Shown piece by piece: positions 27,233 through 36,492 of a DNA stretch of 64,000 nucleotides (position 1 is the first letter of the stretch; each line of letters begins with the position of its first letter). The translations under genes and the position numbers were made by a program. The notes under the pieces are model-generated. The model saw nothing but the letters and a program-made list of their open reading frames with translations, did no database searches and was not told the origin of the DNA. The DNA comes from an uncultured Spirochaetaceae bacterium (GTDB taxonomy: Bacteria > Spirochaetota > Spirochaetia > Sphaerochaetales > Sphaerochaetaceae), in NCBI GenBank assembly GCA_944388955.1, contig CALXKJ010000007.1:57671-121670 (forward strand), given 5' to 3'.

Positions 27233-28339
27233 ATGGCTCTTAACTGCGGTATAGTAGGACTTCCTAATGTGGGGAAATCAACAATATTCTCAGCTGTCAC
27301 TTCAGCTCCGGCGGAGGCTGCTAACTATCCATTCTGCACAATCGATCCGAACATCGGTATTGTCGCTGTTCCAGATAAAAGACTGGATGAGATTTCCCGG
27401 CTTATCCCATCGAAGAAGGTGACTCCTGCGACTGTTGAGTTTGTTGATATAGCTGGACTTGTGAAAGGCGCCTCCCAGGGAGAGGGCCTTGGAAACAGAT
27501 TCCTTGCATCCATCAGGGAAGTCGGTGTCATCGCGCATGTCGTGAGATGCTTCGAGAATCCTGATATCATCCACGTTTCGAATAGAATCGATCCCAGAAG
27601 CGATATCGAGACTATAAACATAGAGCTTTCACTCGCTGATCTGGAGACTGTAGAGAAGCGCTATGAGAAGATGACGAAGATGTCCAGGGTCTCCAAAGAG
27701 CAGCAGAAGGAGAATGAGAAGGTACTTCCTGTCATGGAGAAGATAAAGGCATGTCTTTCTGAAGGGATTCCTGCACGTACGCTTAACCTCGATGAAGATG
27801 AGCTCGAGCTGGTATATGACCTTCATCTCATGACGCTCAAGCCTGTAATTTATGTATGCAATGTCGATGAGGATGGAATCGGGGAAGATAATGAATATGT
27901 GAAGATTGTCCGCGAGATAGCAGAGAAGGAGAATGCGCCTGTTGTCGTCATATGCGGCAAGATTGAGGCGGAAATCGCGGCTTTGGAATCAGAGGAGGAC
28001 AGAAAGGAATTCCTCGAGGCTTCCGGGCTTGCTGAAAGCGGTCTTAACCCGCTTATCAGGGCGGCATACTCAGCCCTTGGACTGCGCACGTTCTTCACCG
28101 CAGGCCCTGATGAGGATAGGGCATGGACATTCCGTGAAGGTGCCAAAGCTCCTCAGTGCGCAGGCATAATCCACTCAGATTTCGAGAAGGGCTTCATAAA
28201 AGCGGAAGTCTACGGCGTGGATGACCTAGTTGCATACGGCTCCGAGGCTCATGTACGCGAGGCTGGAAAGCTTCGTCTCGAAGGCAAGGAATACATTGTG
28301 CAGGATGGGGATATCGTCTTCTTCCGCTTCAATGTATAA
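27233..28339 (+). CDS. ychF: Ribosome-binding ATPase YchF
   Basis: GIVGLPNVGKSTIF P-loop, 368 aa, and a C-terminal TGS-like VQDGDIVFFRFNV. Confidence 0.95.
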   Translation: MALNCGIVGLPNVGKSTIFSAVTSAPAEAANYPFCTIDPNIGIVAVPDKRLDEISRLIPSKKVTPATVEFVDIAGLVKGASQGEGLGNRFLASIREVGVIAHVVRCFENPDIIHVSNRIDPRSDIETINIELSLADLETVEKRYEKMTKMSRVSKEQQKENEKVLPVMEKIKACLSEGIPARTLNLDEDELELVYDLHLMTLKPVIYVCNVDEDGIGEDNEYVKIVREIAEKENAPVVVICGKIEAEIAALESEEDRKEFLEASGLAESGLNPLIRAAYSALGLRTFFTAGPDEDRAWTFREGAKAPQCAGIIHSDFEKGFIKAEVYGVDDLVAYGSEAHVREAGKLRLEGKEYIVQDGDIVFFRFNV

Positions 28340-28449
28340 GGTTTCTTTTCCTTTTCTGATATTGACATAGATTCCCATTCTGACGTAGATTAGGCATGCT
28401 GTCAGAAGATGGCAGAAATGCAAGCAATGTTTACTGGAGGGTAAAATCT

Positions 28450-29043
28450 ATGGCAAGATACAGAGGTCCTAGATTCAAGCAGTGCAGAAGACTTGGTGTT
28501 AATGTATGTGGACATCCCAAGGCAATGGAGAGAGCGGGTGCTCCTGCTTTCGCTAAGAGAAAGAAGCCTACTGATTACAGCAGGCAGCTGACTGAGAAGC
28601 AGAAGCTCAAGGCATATTACGGTGTACTTGAGAAGCAGCTTCGCAAGTATTTCGACAAGGCTCTCAAGTCAAACCTCAACACAGGTGACGCTCTTGTTAT
28701 CTCTCTTGAGAGAAGACTTGATAACGCAGTCTATCGCATCGGCTTCGGCAATTCGATCAGACTTGCTCGCCAGCTCGTTTCCCATGGCCATATCCTTGTG
28801 AATGGCAAGAAGGTTGATATCCCTTCATACCAGATCAATGTAGGTGATGTTATCACACTCAAGGAGAAATCAAGGAATAATGAGCTTTTCAAGGAATGCT
28901 TCCTTGGTCATCCATCATTCAATCTCCCGTATTTCGAGAGAAACACTGATGAGTTCTCAGGCAAGCTCACAAGACTTCCTGAGAGGAATGAGATTCCAGT
29001 ACAGGTTAACGACCAGCTCGTTGTTGAGTACTACTCAAGGTAA
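28450..29043 (+). CDS. rpsD: 30S ribosomal protein S4
   Basis: [16 protein letters not shown] start, preceded by GGAGG. Contains the S4 domain [11 protein letters not shown]...[14 protein letters not shown]. The ORF track extension to 28396 lacks support. Confidence 0.95.
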   Translation: MARYRGPRFKQCRRLGVNVCGHPKAMERAGAPAFAKRKKPTDYSRQLTEKQKLKAYYGVLEKQLRKYFDKALKSNLNTGDALVISLERRLDNAVYRIGFGNSIRLARQLVSHGHILVNGKKVDIPSYQINVGDVITLKEKSRNNELFKECFLGHPSFNLPYFERNTDEFSGKLTRLPERNEIPVQVNDQLVVEYYSR

Positions 29044-29181
29044 TAGTCTTCAATAAGCGCCTTCAGACCGGCCCACATCCGGTGGATTAAAGGGAGACTG
29101 GCCACATTCCAATATTGCCGCTCCCCGGATACGTACTCTGACGGCTGCCCTCAAGAAAAGAGTGCGGAATAAGGCGACTAG

Positions 29182-29208
29182 ATCCCAGCTTCGGCTGGGA
29201 TTTCTTTT
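29182..29208 (+). terminator. Rho-independent terminator (8-bp stem, UUCG tetraloop, U-tract)
   Basis: ATCCCAGC-TTCG-GCTGGGAT followed by TTCTTTT. It lies 138 nt after the rpsD stop. Confidence 0.8.
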
Positions 29209-29210
29209 GT

Positions 29211-29240
29211 GAAACGAAATCCTCCGCATGGTGCGGAGGT
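29211..29240 (-). terminator. Rho-independent terminator for the minus-strand lipoprotein transcript
   Basis: The minus strand reads CCTCCGC-ACCAT-GCGGAGG followed by ATTTCGTTTC. It lies ~146 nt after the stop at 29387. Confidence 0.7.
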
Positions 29241-29386
29241 TCCGGAGAGCTTTAGTTATACATAAGGAAAATCCCATTCTACTATCGAAGGTGCGACTGC
29301 CAGGAAGCACCGAGAAGGAGGAGAATGGGAAATGGATAATGCGAGTCTAGCTCATACCAAACTACGTCTTTTAGGCGTGGTCATGA

Positions 29387-30085
29387 TTATGTCCATGCGG
29401 CAGAGAATTCAATAGGCTCGTTAAGAAGCAGGAAGTCGATGATAGGGAAGCTGAAGCGTACAGAATTATCATCAAGCTTCTCACCGCCTGTGACTTCTGT
29501 CAGTGTGCCAGGAACATTCATTGTGACGGAGATGAGTCCATTCCTTATCGCATCAGGGCCATCTTCACCTAAGAGGAAGTAAATCATATCAAGATAATCA
29601 TCCTCGCTCATTCCCTGATTGTATTCAGGACCATAGACCTCAAAATTGGGATCTGAAAGGAATGGGATGATTTCCTTCAATTCCGCATAGCTTTCTATAT
29701 CGAGGTGGAAGGATATTGAATTTCCGGTGATATCCAGCAGTGTCTGGCTATCGGCATTGAAGTCCTTCAGAAGCTCATCCAGTGATTTGTATGAGAAGCT
29801 GAGAATGTATTGATTCTCGCCTGTCTTCTCCCATTCCGCGTTCTCTATGGATTCTATATTGCCAAGGCTTCCCGCATAGCCTGACACAGCGCTGTCCATT
29901 ATCGTCTGGTCACTTTCTGGAAGGAAGTCAGAGAAATCCTCGAGAACATCGACAAAGAACTGCTCGACGTTTATGTCTGAATAGCTCTTTCCGCTTCCGT
30001 CTGCGTTTATCGTCAGGTCTTCGGTGACCGTGCATGATGTGAGAATAATAAGGATTATAGCGATAGAAAATAGAAAACGTTTCAT
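29387..30085 (-). CDS. Hypothetical lipoprotein
   Basis: Start taken at MKRFLFSIAIILIILTSC (lipobox LTSC). The acidic mature protein has no recognised domain. The maximal ORF reaches 30271. Confidence 0.6.
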   Translation of the reverse strand: MKRFLFSIAIILIILTSCTVTEDLTINADGSGKSYSDINVEQFFVDVLEDFSDFLPESDQTIMDSAVSGYAGSLGNIESIENAEWEKTGENQYILSFSYKSLDELLKDFNADSQTLLDITGNSISFHLDIESYAELKEIIPFLSDPNFEVYGPEYNQGMSEDDYLDMIYFLLGEDGPDAIRNGLISVTMNVPGTLTEVTGGEKLDDNSVRFSFPIIDFLLLNEPIEFSAAWT

Positions 30086-30176
30086 AGCAAAAGGATAATC
30101 GAACTTGAGCTCAGTTGCAAACATCGGTAGACAGGTTTCCTTCTTTTGTGATATGACCAAGAAACCGGAGAGATAA

Positions 30177-31004
30177 ATGACAAAAAGACACTTGTTTGTT
30201 AGTTTTCTTCTTATTGCTGCATCATATATTTCAGCAGCTGCCATGCATACGGAGGCCACAGCAAATCCCACATCCGTGGATTTCTCGTGGAGTTCTGTCG
30301 ATGGTGCTGTTTATTACGACATATATAACGGTGAGGACTTCATTGTCCGTCTGCCTTCTGAAGAGCAATCATATACGGTAAAGAATCTTCCATCCTCCAC
30401 GGCTTTCGGATTCGCGATAGCCGCACGCACTGAGGATAATTCGACACTTGATGCCTCGTTTGTGGATATAACGACAACATGCTGGGATGGTGTTTATCGC
30501 TGGGTGAATGAGACAGATGATGATAACGGCGGGAAGATGAAGGCCTACACAGTGAGAGTCGAAACCGGAAATGATTCTAAGGTAGGGCAATTCTATACTT
30601 TATATATGATAAGGGATGATGGCTCTGAGCTGCGTATTTTCCCGCTTTTTGATTTCTCCGATTCCGCATCCGGGGATTGGATTGATTATGATGATGAAGG
30701 AAACGCCGGTACTGCTTATAGAGTGAATGCGGAGCTTTTCAATACAAGTCCATTCAACCCTGGAAAGTGGAGAATGGACAAAGTCGTGATTGACTATGAT
30801 TCAACTTCCGCTTACATTCAGACAAGCGTGTTAGGCATGGTATTCGATACTGTGACGACATACACATTCTTCATTGAGGATGGATGCAGGAAGATGTCTC
30901 TTATGACAGATGGAAGCGGGGTGGTGAAGAGCTTCCTCTTTGACAATCCGAATCCTGACGCGGGGGATGCTTTTGTACTTACACGCATGGATGAGGAGGT
31001 GTAA
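30177..31004 (+). CDS. Secreted protein with N-terminal fibronectin type III-like domain
   Basis: Signal peptide MTKRHLFVSFLLIAASYISAAA. The Fn3 pattern is VDFSWSSVDGAVYYDIY...SYTVKNLPSSTAFGFAIAAR. Confidence 0.6.
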   Translation: MTKRHLFVSFLLIAASYISAAAMHTEATANPTSVDFSWSSVDGAVYYDIYNGEDFIVRLPSEEQSYTVKNLPSSTAFGFAIAARTEDNSTLDASFVDITTTCWDGVYRWVNETDDDNGGKMKAYTVRVETGNDSKVGQFYTLYMIRDDGSELRIFPLFDFSDSASGDWIDYDDEGNAGTAYRVNAELFNTSPFNPGKWRMDKVVIDYDSTSAYIQTSVLGMVFDTVTTYTFFIEDGCRKMSLMTDGSGVVKSFLFDNPNPDAGDAFVLTRMDEEV

Positions 31005-31006
31005 GC

Positions 31007-33541
31007 TTGGTTGCAGATCCAGATAAGAGTACGCTGATAATAGTCGAATCCCCTACAAAGGCTAAGACTATCTCGGGGTTTCTTCCCGCTTCATGTACTG
31101 TGATGGCTTCAATGGGCCATGTCAGGGACCTTGCCCCGGCACCAACGACAGGTGTTTATGGTGTCGATGTCGATCATGATTATGGTCTGGAATATGCAGA
31201 TGACCCGGCGAAAGCTTCTGTCATAAAGGAAATGAAAGCCAGGCTGAAGAAAGCTGAGCAGCTTGTGCTTGCGACTGATGAAGACCGCGAAGGTGAGTCT
31301 ATATCATGGCATCTGATGCAGATTCTCAAACCAAAATGCCCTGTATTCAGGATGGTTTTCCATGAAATAACCAAGAATGCGATTCTCAACGCCTTCTCCG
31401 CATGCCGTGAGATTGATGTGAATCTTGTTCATGCACAGGAAGCAAGACGCGCTGTTGATCGTCTTCAGGGCTATGGTATCTCGCCGCTTCTTTCCCATAA
31501 GCTCGGCGGTAAGTACTCTGCAGGGCGTGTTCAGTCGCCAGGACTTAAGCTTGTTGTTGAACGCGAGAAGGATAGAAGGAGATTCAAGGAGTCTGGATAC
31601 ACTTCACTTGAAGCGGAGATGGAAGCATCTGACATCCGTTTCTCATCAACACTGATACGCATCGGTGATGTTAAAGTCGCTTCATCCTCAAGCTATGACA
31701 GGGAAACAGGAGAGCTCAAGGAAGGTTATAAAGCGCTTTCTGAATCTGATGCGAAGGATATTGCAGAGAAGATAAAAGGCCGTCAGGCTTCTGTATTCAG
31801 TGTCACGAATCAGGAGAAGACGCAGTCTCCGGCAAAACCATTTACTACTTCCACACTGCAGCAGGATGCGGCCCGTAAGCTTCATAAGTCGGTCAAGGAG
31901 ATAATGTCTATTGCCCAGTATCTCTATGAGAACGGCTTCATTACATATATGCGTACAGACTCGCCGACGCTTTCGTCAGAGTGCATAGCCGCATCGCGGG
32001 CACAGGTTGAGAATCTCTTTGGTGCGGATTATCTTTCCCCGCGACCGAGAAACTATAAAGCCACTGACCAGAACGCCCAGGAGGCGCATGAGGCTATAAG
32101 GCCAGCGGGAGACCACTTCAGAAGACCTGAGGAGACAGGACTCTCTGGCGATAATCTCAGGCTTTATACGCTGATCTGGAAAAGAACGCTTGCGACGCAG
32201 ATGAAGGATGCTGAGAAAAGCACTACGACAGCGATTTTCACGCTTGATGAATATACATTCTCATCATCTGGTACAACAATAAGATTCCCGGGATTCCTGA
32301 AGCTCTATCAGGTAGCTACAGATAATAGCGAAGAAGAGAAGGAAGAAGGAATCCTGCCTTCTCTTGAGGCTGGTAAGACGGTCGGCATCGTGAACGCTGT
32401 GGGGAAAGCACACACGACAGAGCCTCCTGCAAGATTCAACGAGGCTTCGCTTGTCCAGAAACTCGAGAGCGAAGGCATTGGCCGTCCGTCTACATATGCC
32501 ACAATCATCTCGACGTTGCTTGACAGGAAATATGTCGTGAGGAGCAAAGAGCAGCTTGTCCCGACATTCACTGGTTTCTTCGTTGATTCATTCCTGGAGA
32601 ACACATTCCCGGTTTATATCGGTTATGGATTCACATCCGAGATGGAAAAGGGGCTGGATAAGATAGCGAGCGGAGATGAGACAAAGACTGCATTCCTGGA
32701 TAGATTCTGGAAAGGCGCGGAGGATTTCCACGGGCTGAAAACCGATCTTGAAAGCGTTCAGCGTACAGTCAGGAAATCTGAGGTCAAAAGCCTTTCAATC
32801 CCCGGCCTGGAATATAAGTTCCTGCATGACGGAAAGAGTGTTGGGTATTCAATAAGGATAGGTAAGTTCGGTCCTTACATCGCCTCTGATTACACCGATG
32901 AAAGCACCGGAAAGCTTAAGATGGCTTCAATTGACCAGACGAAGTATTTTCCCGGCACTTTCAGCGATAAGGATGCGGAGAATATCCTTTTCCCCGCGGA
33001 TAATGCAATCAAGATAGCAGATGGGATTTATCAGGAAGAAGGAAGATACGGTATTTATTATCGCAGAGAAAGCGATGGAAAGACTGTGAGAGGTCTTAAG
33101 GATAAGAAGAAAGCACTCTCTCCAGAGCTTATAGAACTCGCATTCGAGCTCCCGAAATCACTGGGGGAAGATGAAGAAGGCAACAGCGTGATGCTTTCAT
33201 TCGGACCTTATGGTTTCTATGGAACGTATATGGGAAAGAATTATCCTGTCAGTGATCCTCTGAATGCGGATAAATCCATGATTATCGAGGCTTCTGCGGA
33301 AAGCGGAAAGAAGGATTTTCCTGTCCTGAAGGATTATGGAGTCTTCGAAGGTGAGCCGCTGCAGCTTCTTGATGGACGCTATGGCATTTTCCTCCGCTGG
33401 GGAAAGAAGAACTGTGCGCTATCGAAGGAGATGAAGGAGAAGGGTGTCCATCTTAGCGAGGAAGAGGTTAGGAAGATTGCTTCTGAAGCGCCTGAGAAAA
33501 AGAGCCGCAGATATCCTAGAAGGCAGAAAGCCAGGAGCTAA
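31007..33541 (+). CDS. topA: DNA topoisomerase I
   Basis: TTG start 10 nt after GAGGAGG. Toprim IIVESPTKAKTI and ATDEDREGE, and the active-site region ITYMRTDS. 844 aa. Confidence 0.95.
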   Translation: MVADPDKSTLIIVESPTKAKTISGFLPASCTVMASMGHVRDLAPAPTTGVYGVDVDHDYGLEYADDPAKASVIKEMKARLKKAEQLVLATDEDREGESISWHLMQILKPKCPVFRMVFHEITKNAILNAFSACREIDVNLVHAQEARRAVDRLQGYGISPLLSHKLGGKYSAGRVQSPGLKLVVEREKDRRRFKESGYTSLEAEMEASDIRFSSTLIRIGDVKVASSSSYDRETGELKEGYKALSESDAKDIAEKIKGRQASVFSVTNQEKTQSPAKPFTTSTLQQDAARKLHKSVKEIMSIAQYLYENGFITYMRTDSPTLSSECIAASRAQVENLFGADYLSPRPRNYKATDQNAQEAHEAIRPAGDHFRRPEETGLSGDNLRLYTLIWKRTLATQMKDAEKSTTTAIFTLDEYTFSSSGTTIRFPGFLKLYQVATDNSEEEKEEGILPSLEAGKTVGIVNAVGKAHTTEPPARFNEASLVQKLESEGIGRPSTYATIISTLLDRKYVVRSKEQLVPTFTGFFVDSFLENTFPVYIGYGFTSEMEKGLDKIASGDETKTAFLDRFWKGAEDFHGLKTDLESVQRTVRKSEVKSLSIPGLEYKFLHDGKSVGYSIRIGKFGPYIASDYTDESTGKLKMASIDQTKYFPGTFSDKDAENILFPADNAIKIADGIYQEEGRYGIYYRRESDGKTVRGLKDKKKALSPELIELAFELPKSLGEDEEGNSVMLSFGPYGFYGTYMGKNYPVSDPLNADKSMIIEASAESGKKDFPVLKDYGVFEGEPLQLLDGRYGIFLRWGKKNCALSKEMKEKGVHLSEEEVRKIASEAPEKKSRRYPRRQKARS

Positions 33542-33587
33542 GGGCTTGACTGTTGAAGATAAACACTGTACGTTAACGTAGTCAGAT

Positions 33588-33661
33588 GACCCTGTAGCTC
33601 AGCTGGATAGAGCGTCCGCCTCCTAAGCGGAAGGTCGGCAGTTCGAATCTGCCCAGGATCA
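33588..33661 (+). tRNA. tRNA-Arg (anticodon CCU)
   Basis: Hand-folded cloverleaf: acceptor GACCCTG/CAGGATC (one C3-A70 mismatch), D arm GCTC-AGCTGGATA-GAGC, anticodon arm TCCGC-CTCCTAA-GCGGA, T arm GGCAG-TTCGAAT-CTGCC, discriminator A. CCA is not encoded. Confidence 0.9.
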
Positions 33662-33680
33662 TTAGATTGATTATATTGTG

Positions 33681-33719
33681 AAATCCCTTATCCATCCGAG
33701 ATCAAGGGATTTATTTTTT
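33681..33719 (+). terminator. Rho-independent terminator after the tRNA
   Basis: AAATCCCTT-(14-nt loop)-AAGGGATTT followed by ATTTTTT. Confidence 0.65.
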
Positions 33720-33799
33720 CATAAGTATTCATCTTGGTCTTATTATTTCCTTTTGAAATGGTTTCTGATTATTGACGGCCATGTTCATATAGATAAGCT

Positions 33800-35095
33800 G
33801 TGAATATGGATAAGACGAATGATGTCATAAGAGGACTGTTGGTGATTATCTCCCACTCGGTCTCACTCTATATCATCACCACGCATAAAGAGAGAGTCAG
33901 ACATCCCGCGTTTTACTGGTTTGTTGTCACAGTGCTGGCTTCTCTCATCATCTCTCCGATTTTCTATGCTCATGGATTTACATTCAGGGCAGGTGGATTA
34001 TCGTATTTTCTGCTTGCAATCATTTATGCTCTGGCATTCTTCCTTGTAGCATCGGGTCCTGTGATGAGGAATGTATTCATCTTCCTTTTCTATGTTGCTT
34101 TTTTCATGCTTGCCGCGACAGTGGCATCACTTCTTGGACAGCTTTTCCTGAATGGTAATACGCTTGGCATTGCCTTGATCCGCACGTCTTTCTCTCTAGT
34201 CTTCTGCATCATATATCCGCTCTATGCGAAGAAGCCACTTATGAAAGCGCTTGATGAAATCAATCGTGAATGGTGGATACTTGTCTCATTCGAGCTTATA
34301 GCATTCCTCACTATATCGTTGCTCTCATTCCTTGGGACATTCTTCTTCGATAGCAACAGCATTTATCTTCTTTTCATTATCCTTGTATCGTTTCTGATTG
34401 TTGCCTCCTATATTCTGATGATGAAGATAATCATCCTCCTGAAAAGGGAAAGCGGTTTCAGACAGCTTGAGGCACAGCAGTCGATTCTGGAGAACGAGCT
34501 CGAAACAGAGAAAGAGTTCGTTGAGTCAGCAAAGCGTTTCCGTCACGATTTAATCCAGCATGACCGGATTATCAGAGCTATGATTCTTGATGGAAAAACA
34601 GAAGAGGCTCTGTCATATATGGACGAATATGAGGAGAGGATTGATAGCTCATCTCTTCATGATTGGTGTGAGAACAGGATTCTGAATGCGCTTTTATGCA
34701 TAGCCGCCAGACGTATGTACCAGCTTGGAGGTGAAATCTCGATTGATGCAGCTGTTCCTGATGATATCGCGATAAAGCGTGTCGATCTGACAACGATATT
34801 CGGAAATATTCTAGACAATGCCTACGCATCATGTATCAGCGTGGAACAGCCTTTTTTCTCATTCCGCGCTTTTGTACGGAATGGTAGCCTCTATGCTGAA
34901 ATAAGAAACAGCGTAGATGATGATACCAGATGGCAGGATGGACTTCCTGTATCAAAGAAAGCGAATGGTGGGATAGGGCTGAGAAACGTGCGGGATGCTG
35001 TCAATCGCTATAATGGGATTCTGGAGATGAAAGCTGCTGGTGGCAGTTTCCTGACTCGGCTTGTGATACCATTCCTGAACGAAAAAGATTTGTAA
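33800..35095 (+). CDS. Membrane sensor histidine kinase, AgrC/HPK10-like (GHKL HATPase_c_5 type), no adjacent response regulator
   Basis: About 6 N-terminal TM segments, H-box FRHDLIQH, N-box FGNILDNAYAS and G-box GGIGLRNV. GTG 33800 or ATG 33806. Confidence 0.8.
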   Translation: MNMDKTNDVIRGLLVIISHSVSLYIITTHKERVRHPAFYWFVVTVLASLIISPIFYAHGFTFRAGGLSYFLLAIIYALAFFLVASGPVMRNVFIFLFYVAFFMLAATVASLLGQLFLNGNTLGIALIRTSFSLVFCIIYPLYAKKPLMKALDEINREWWILVSFELIAFLTISLLSFLGTFFFDSNSIYLLFIILVSFLIVASYILMMKIIILLKRESGFRQLEAQQSILENELETEKEFVESAKRFRHDLIQHDRIIRAMILDGKTEEALSYMDEYEERIDSSSLHDWCENRILNALLCIAARRMYQLGGEISIDAAVPDDIAIKRVDLTTIFGNILDNAYASCISVEQPFFSFRAFVRNGSLYAEIRNSVDDDTRWQDGLPVSKKANGGIGLRNVRDAVNRYNGILEMKAAGGSFLTRLVIPFLNEKDL

Positions 35096-35101
35096 GAGCT
35101 G

Positions 35102-36484
35102 ATGTCTGGTAGTATTCTTCTGAGTATGGGAAGAGTACTTATAAAGAATGGATTAGTCGTTGATGCCGATAAACAGTTTAATGCTGATGTGCTTATAAAC
35201 GGAGAGAAAATCGAGCGCGTGGCTCCATCTATCCCGGAAGAGGATGATATGGAGACCGTTGATGCCTCCGGTATGTACGTCATGCCCGGCATGATTGATG
35301 CTCATACGCATTATCATCTGGTGTCGAGAGGAACAGTTACAGCTGATTCATTTATCGAAGGCTCCCGTCTTGCGGCATTCGGCGGGGTGACAACTGTCAT
35401 CGATTTCGCTGATGACAATAAAATCTCCCTCAAATCCTCACTTGATGCAAGGAAGGCGGAGATGAAGAGCATGGCGATAGACTATGCGCTTCATCAGGGT
35501 GTTTATAAGTACCGTGATGATATTTCTCAGGAGCTTGCCGTTATAAAAGATGAGGGTATCAAGGCGCTGAAGATCTTCACGACATATAGGAACGTCGGCT
35601 ATCTTGTCGAGGACAGGAATGAGCTGAAAGCTATATTCAAGGATGCCAGGGATCTCGGGATGATGATTACAGTCCATGCCGAGGACGATAAGACCATCGA
35701 GGATATAGCAGCCGCATGGGACAGGGATTTCAAGCCCGCTTCCCACGCCGATCTGAGACCAGCGGATGCTGAAGCGAAAGCTATTCTATATGTCGGACAT
35801 ATCGCCGCGGAGCTTGGTATGCCTATATATATTGTCCACCTTTCATCGCGCAAAGGCCTTGAAGCGGTAAGGCAGCTTAGAAGCGAGGGCGTGGAGGTTA
35901 TCGTCGAGACAACGCCAACATATCTCTTCCTTGACCGCTCGCTGCTTGAGAGAGAGGATGGCTCGCTGTTTATCATGACACCGCCGCTGAGGACGAAAGA
36001 TGACAACAAAGCGCTGCTTGAAGCTCTTGTTGATGGGGAAATCCAGATTGTCGCTACAGATCATTGCTCTTTCACATATGCGCAGAAACTTGAAAGCGAT
36101 GATTGCCGCACCGTTTATCCTGGAATACCTGGAACAGAGGAGCTTCTTCCATTGCTGCACACATTTAGCGTAGAGACAGGAAGAATCGGAATCAATGATA
36201 TAGTGAGGCTGCTTTCAAGGAATCCTGCGCATTATTTCTCGCTTTATCCAGAGAAAGGCTCGCTTGAAGCTGGAACGGATGCAGACATCATCATCTTCAA
36301 TCCTCATGAGGAGTGGACACTCTCTTCATCAACACTTCATTCCGCCTCCGGCTATACGGCGTATGATGGGAGAAAAGTCATTGGCAAGACAATGAGGACT
36401 TATCTTAGGGGCCGTCAGATAGTCTCTGGATCTGAGTATTATGGTATAAGCGGAGAAGGGCATTTCATAGCGTCTCGGATCTGA
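35102..36484 (+). CDS. Dihydropyrimidinase/D-hydantoinase-type cyclic amidohydrolase
   Basis: PGMIDAHTHY metal ligands, the GIKALKIF candidate carbamylated Lys, VHAED, IVHLS and ATDHCSF. 460 aa. Confidence 0.8.
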   Translation: MSGSILLSMGRVLIKNGLVVDADKQFNADVLINGEKIERVAPSIPEEDDMETVDASGMYVMPGMIDAHTHYHLVSRGTVTADSFIEGSRLAAFGGVTTVIDFADDNKISLKSSLDARKAEMKSMAIDYALHQGVYKYRDDISQELAVIKDEGIKALKIFTTYRNVGYLVEDRNELKAIFKDARDLGMMITVHAEDDKTIEDIAAAWDRDFKPASHADLRPADAEAKAILYVGHIAAELGMPIYIVHLSSRKGLEAVRQLRSEGVEVIVETTPTYLFLDRSLLEREDGSLFIMTPPLRTKDDNKALLEALVDGEIQIVATDHCSFTYAQKLESDDCRTVYPGIPGTEELLPLLHTFSVETGRIGINDIVRLLSRNPAHYFSLYPEKGSLEAGTDADIIIFNPHEEWTLSSSTLHSASGYTAYDGRKVIGKTMRTYLRGRQIVSGSEYYGISGEGHFIASRI

Positions 36485-36492
36485 TATTCTAC

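Noticed and set aside
29050-29310. 86-aa Arg-rich minus-strand ORF in the rpsD-downstream gap
   Set aside because: It spans both terminator hairpins, starts with GTG without an RBS, and its composition looks non-coding.
29044-29386. Identification of the structured gap as tmRNA, RNase P RNA, SRP RNA or 6S RNA
   Set aside because: There is no tRNA-like 3' end with a GGTTCGA T-loop, no GGAAAGTCC or ACAGAA-type RNase P blocks, and no SRP GGAA-tetraloop/AGCAGC motif. 6S RNA cannot be judged without folding or covariation, so the region is left unassigned.
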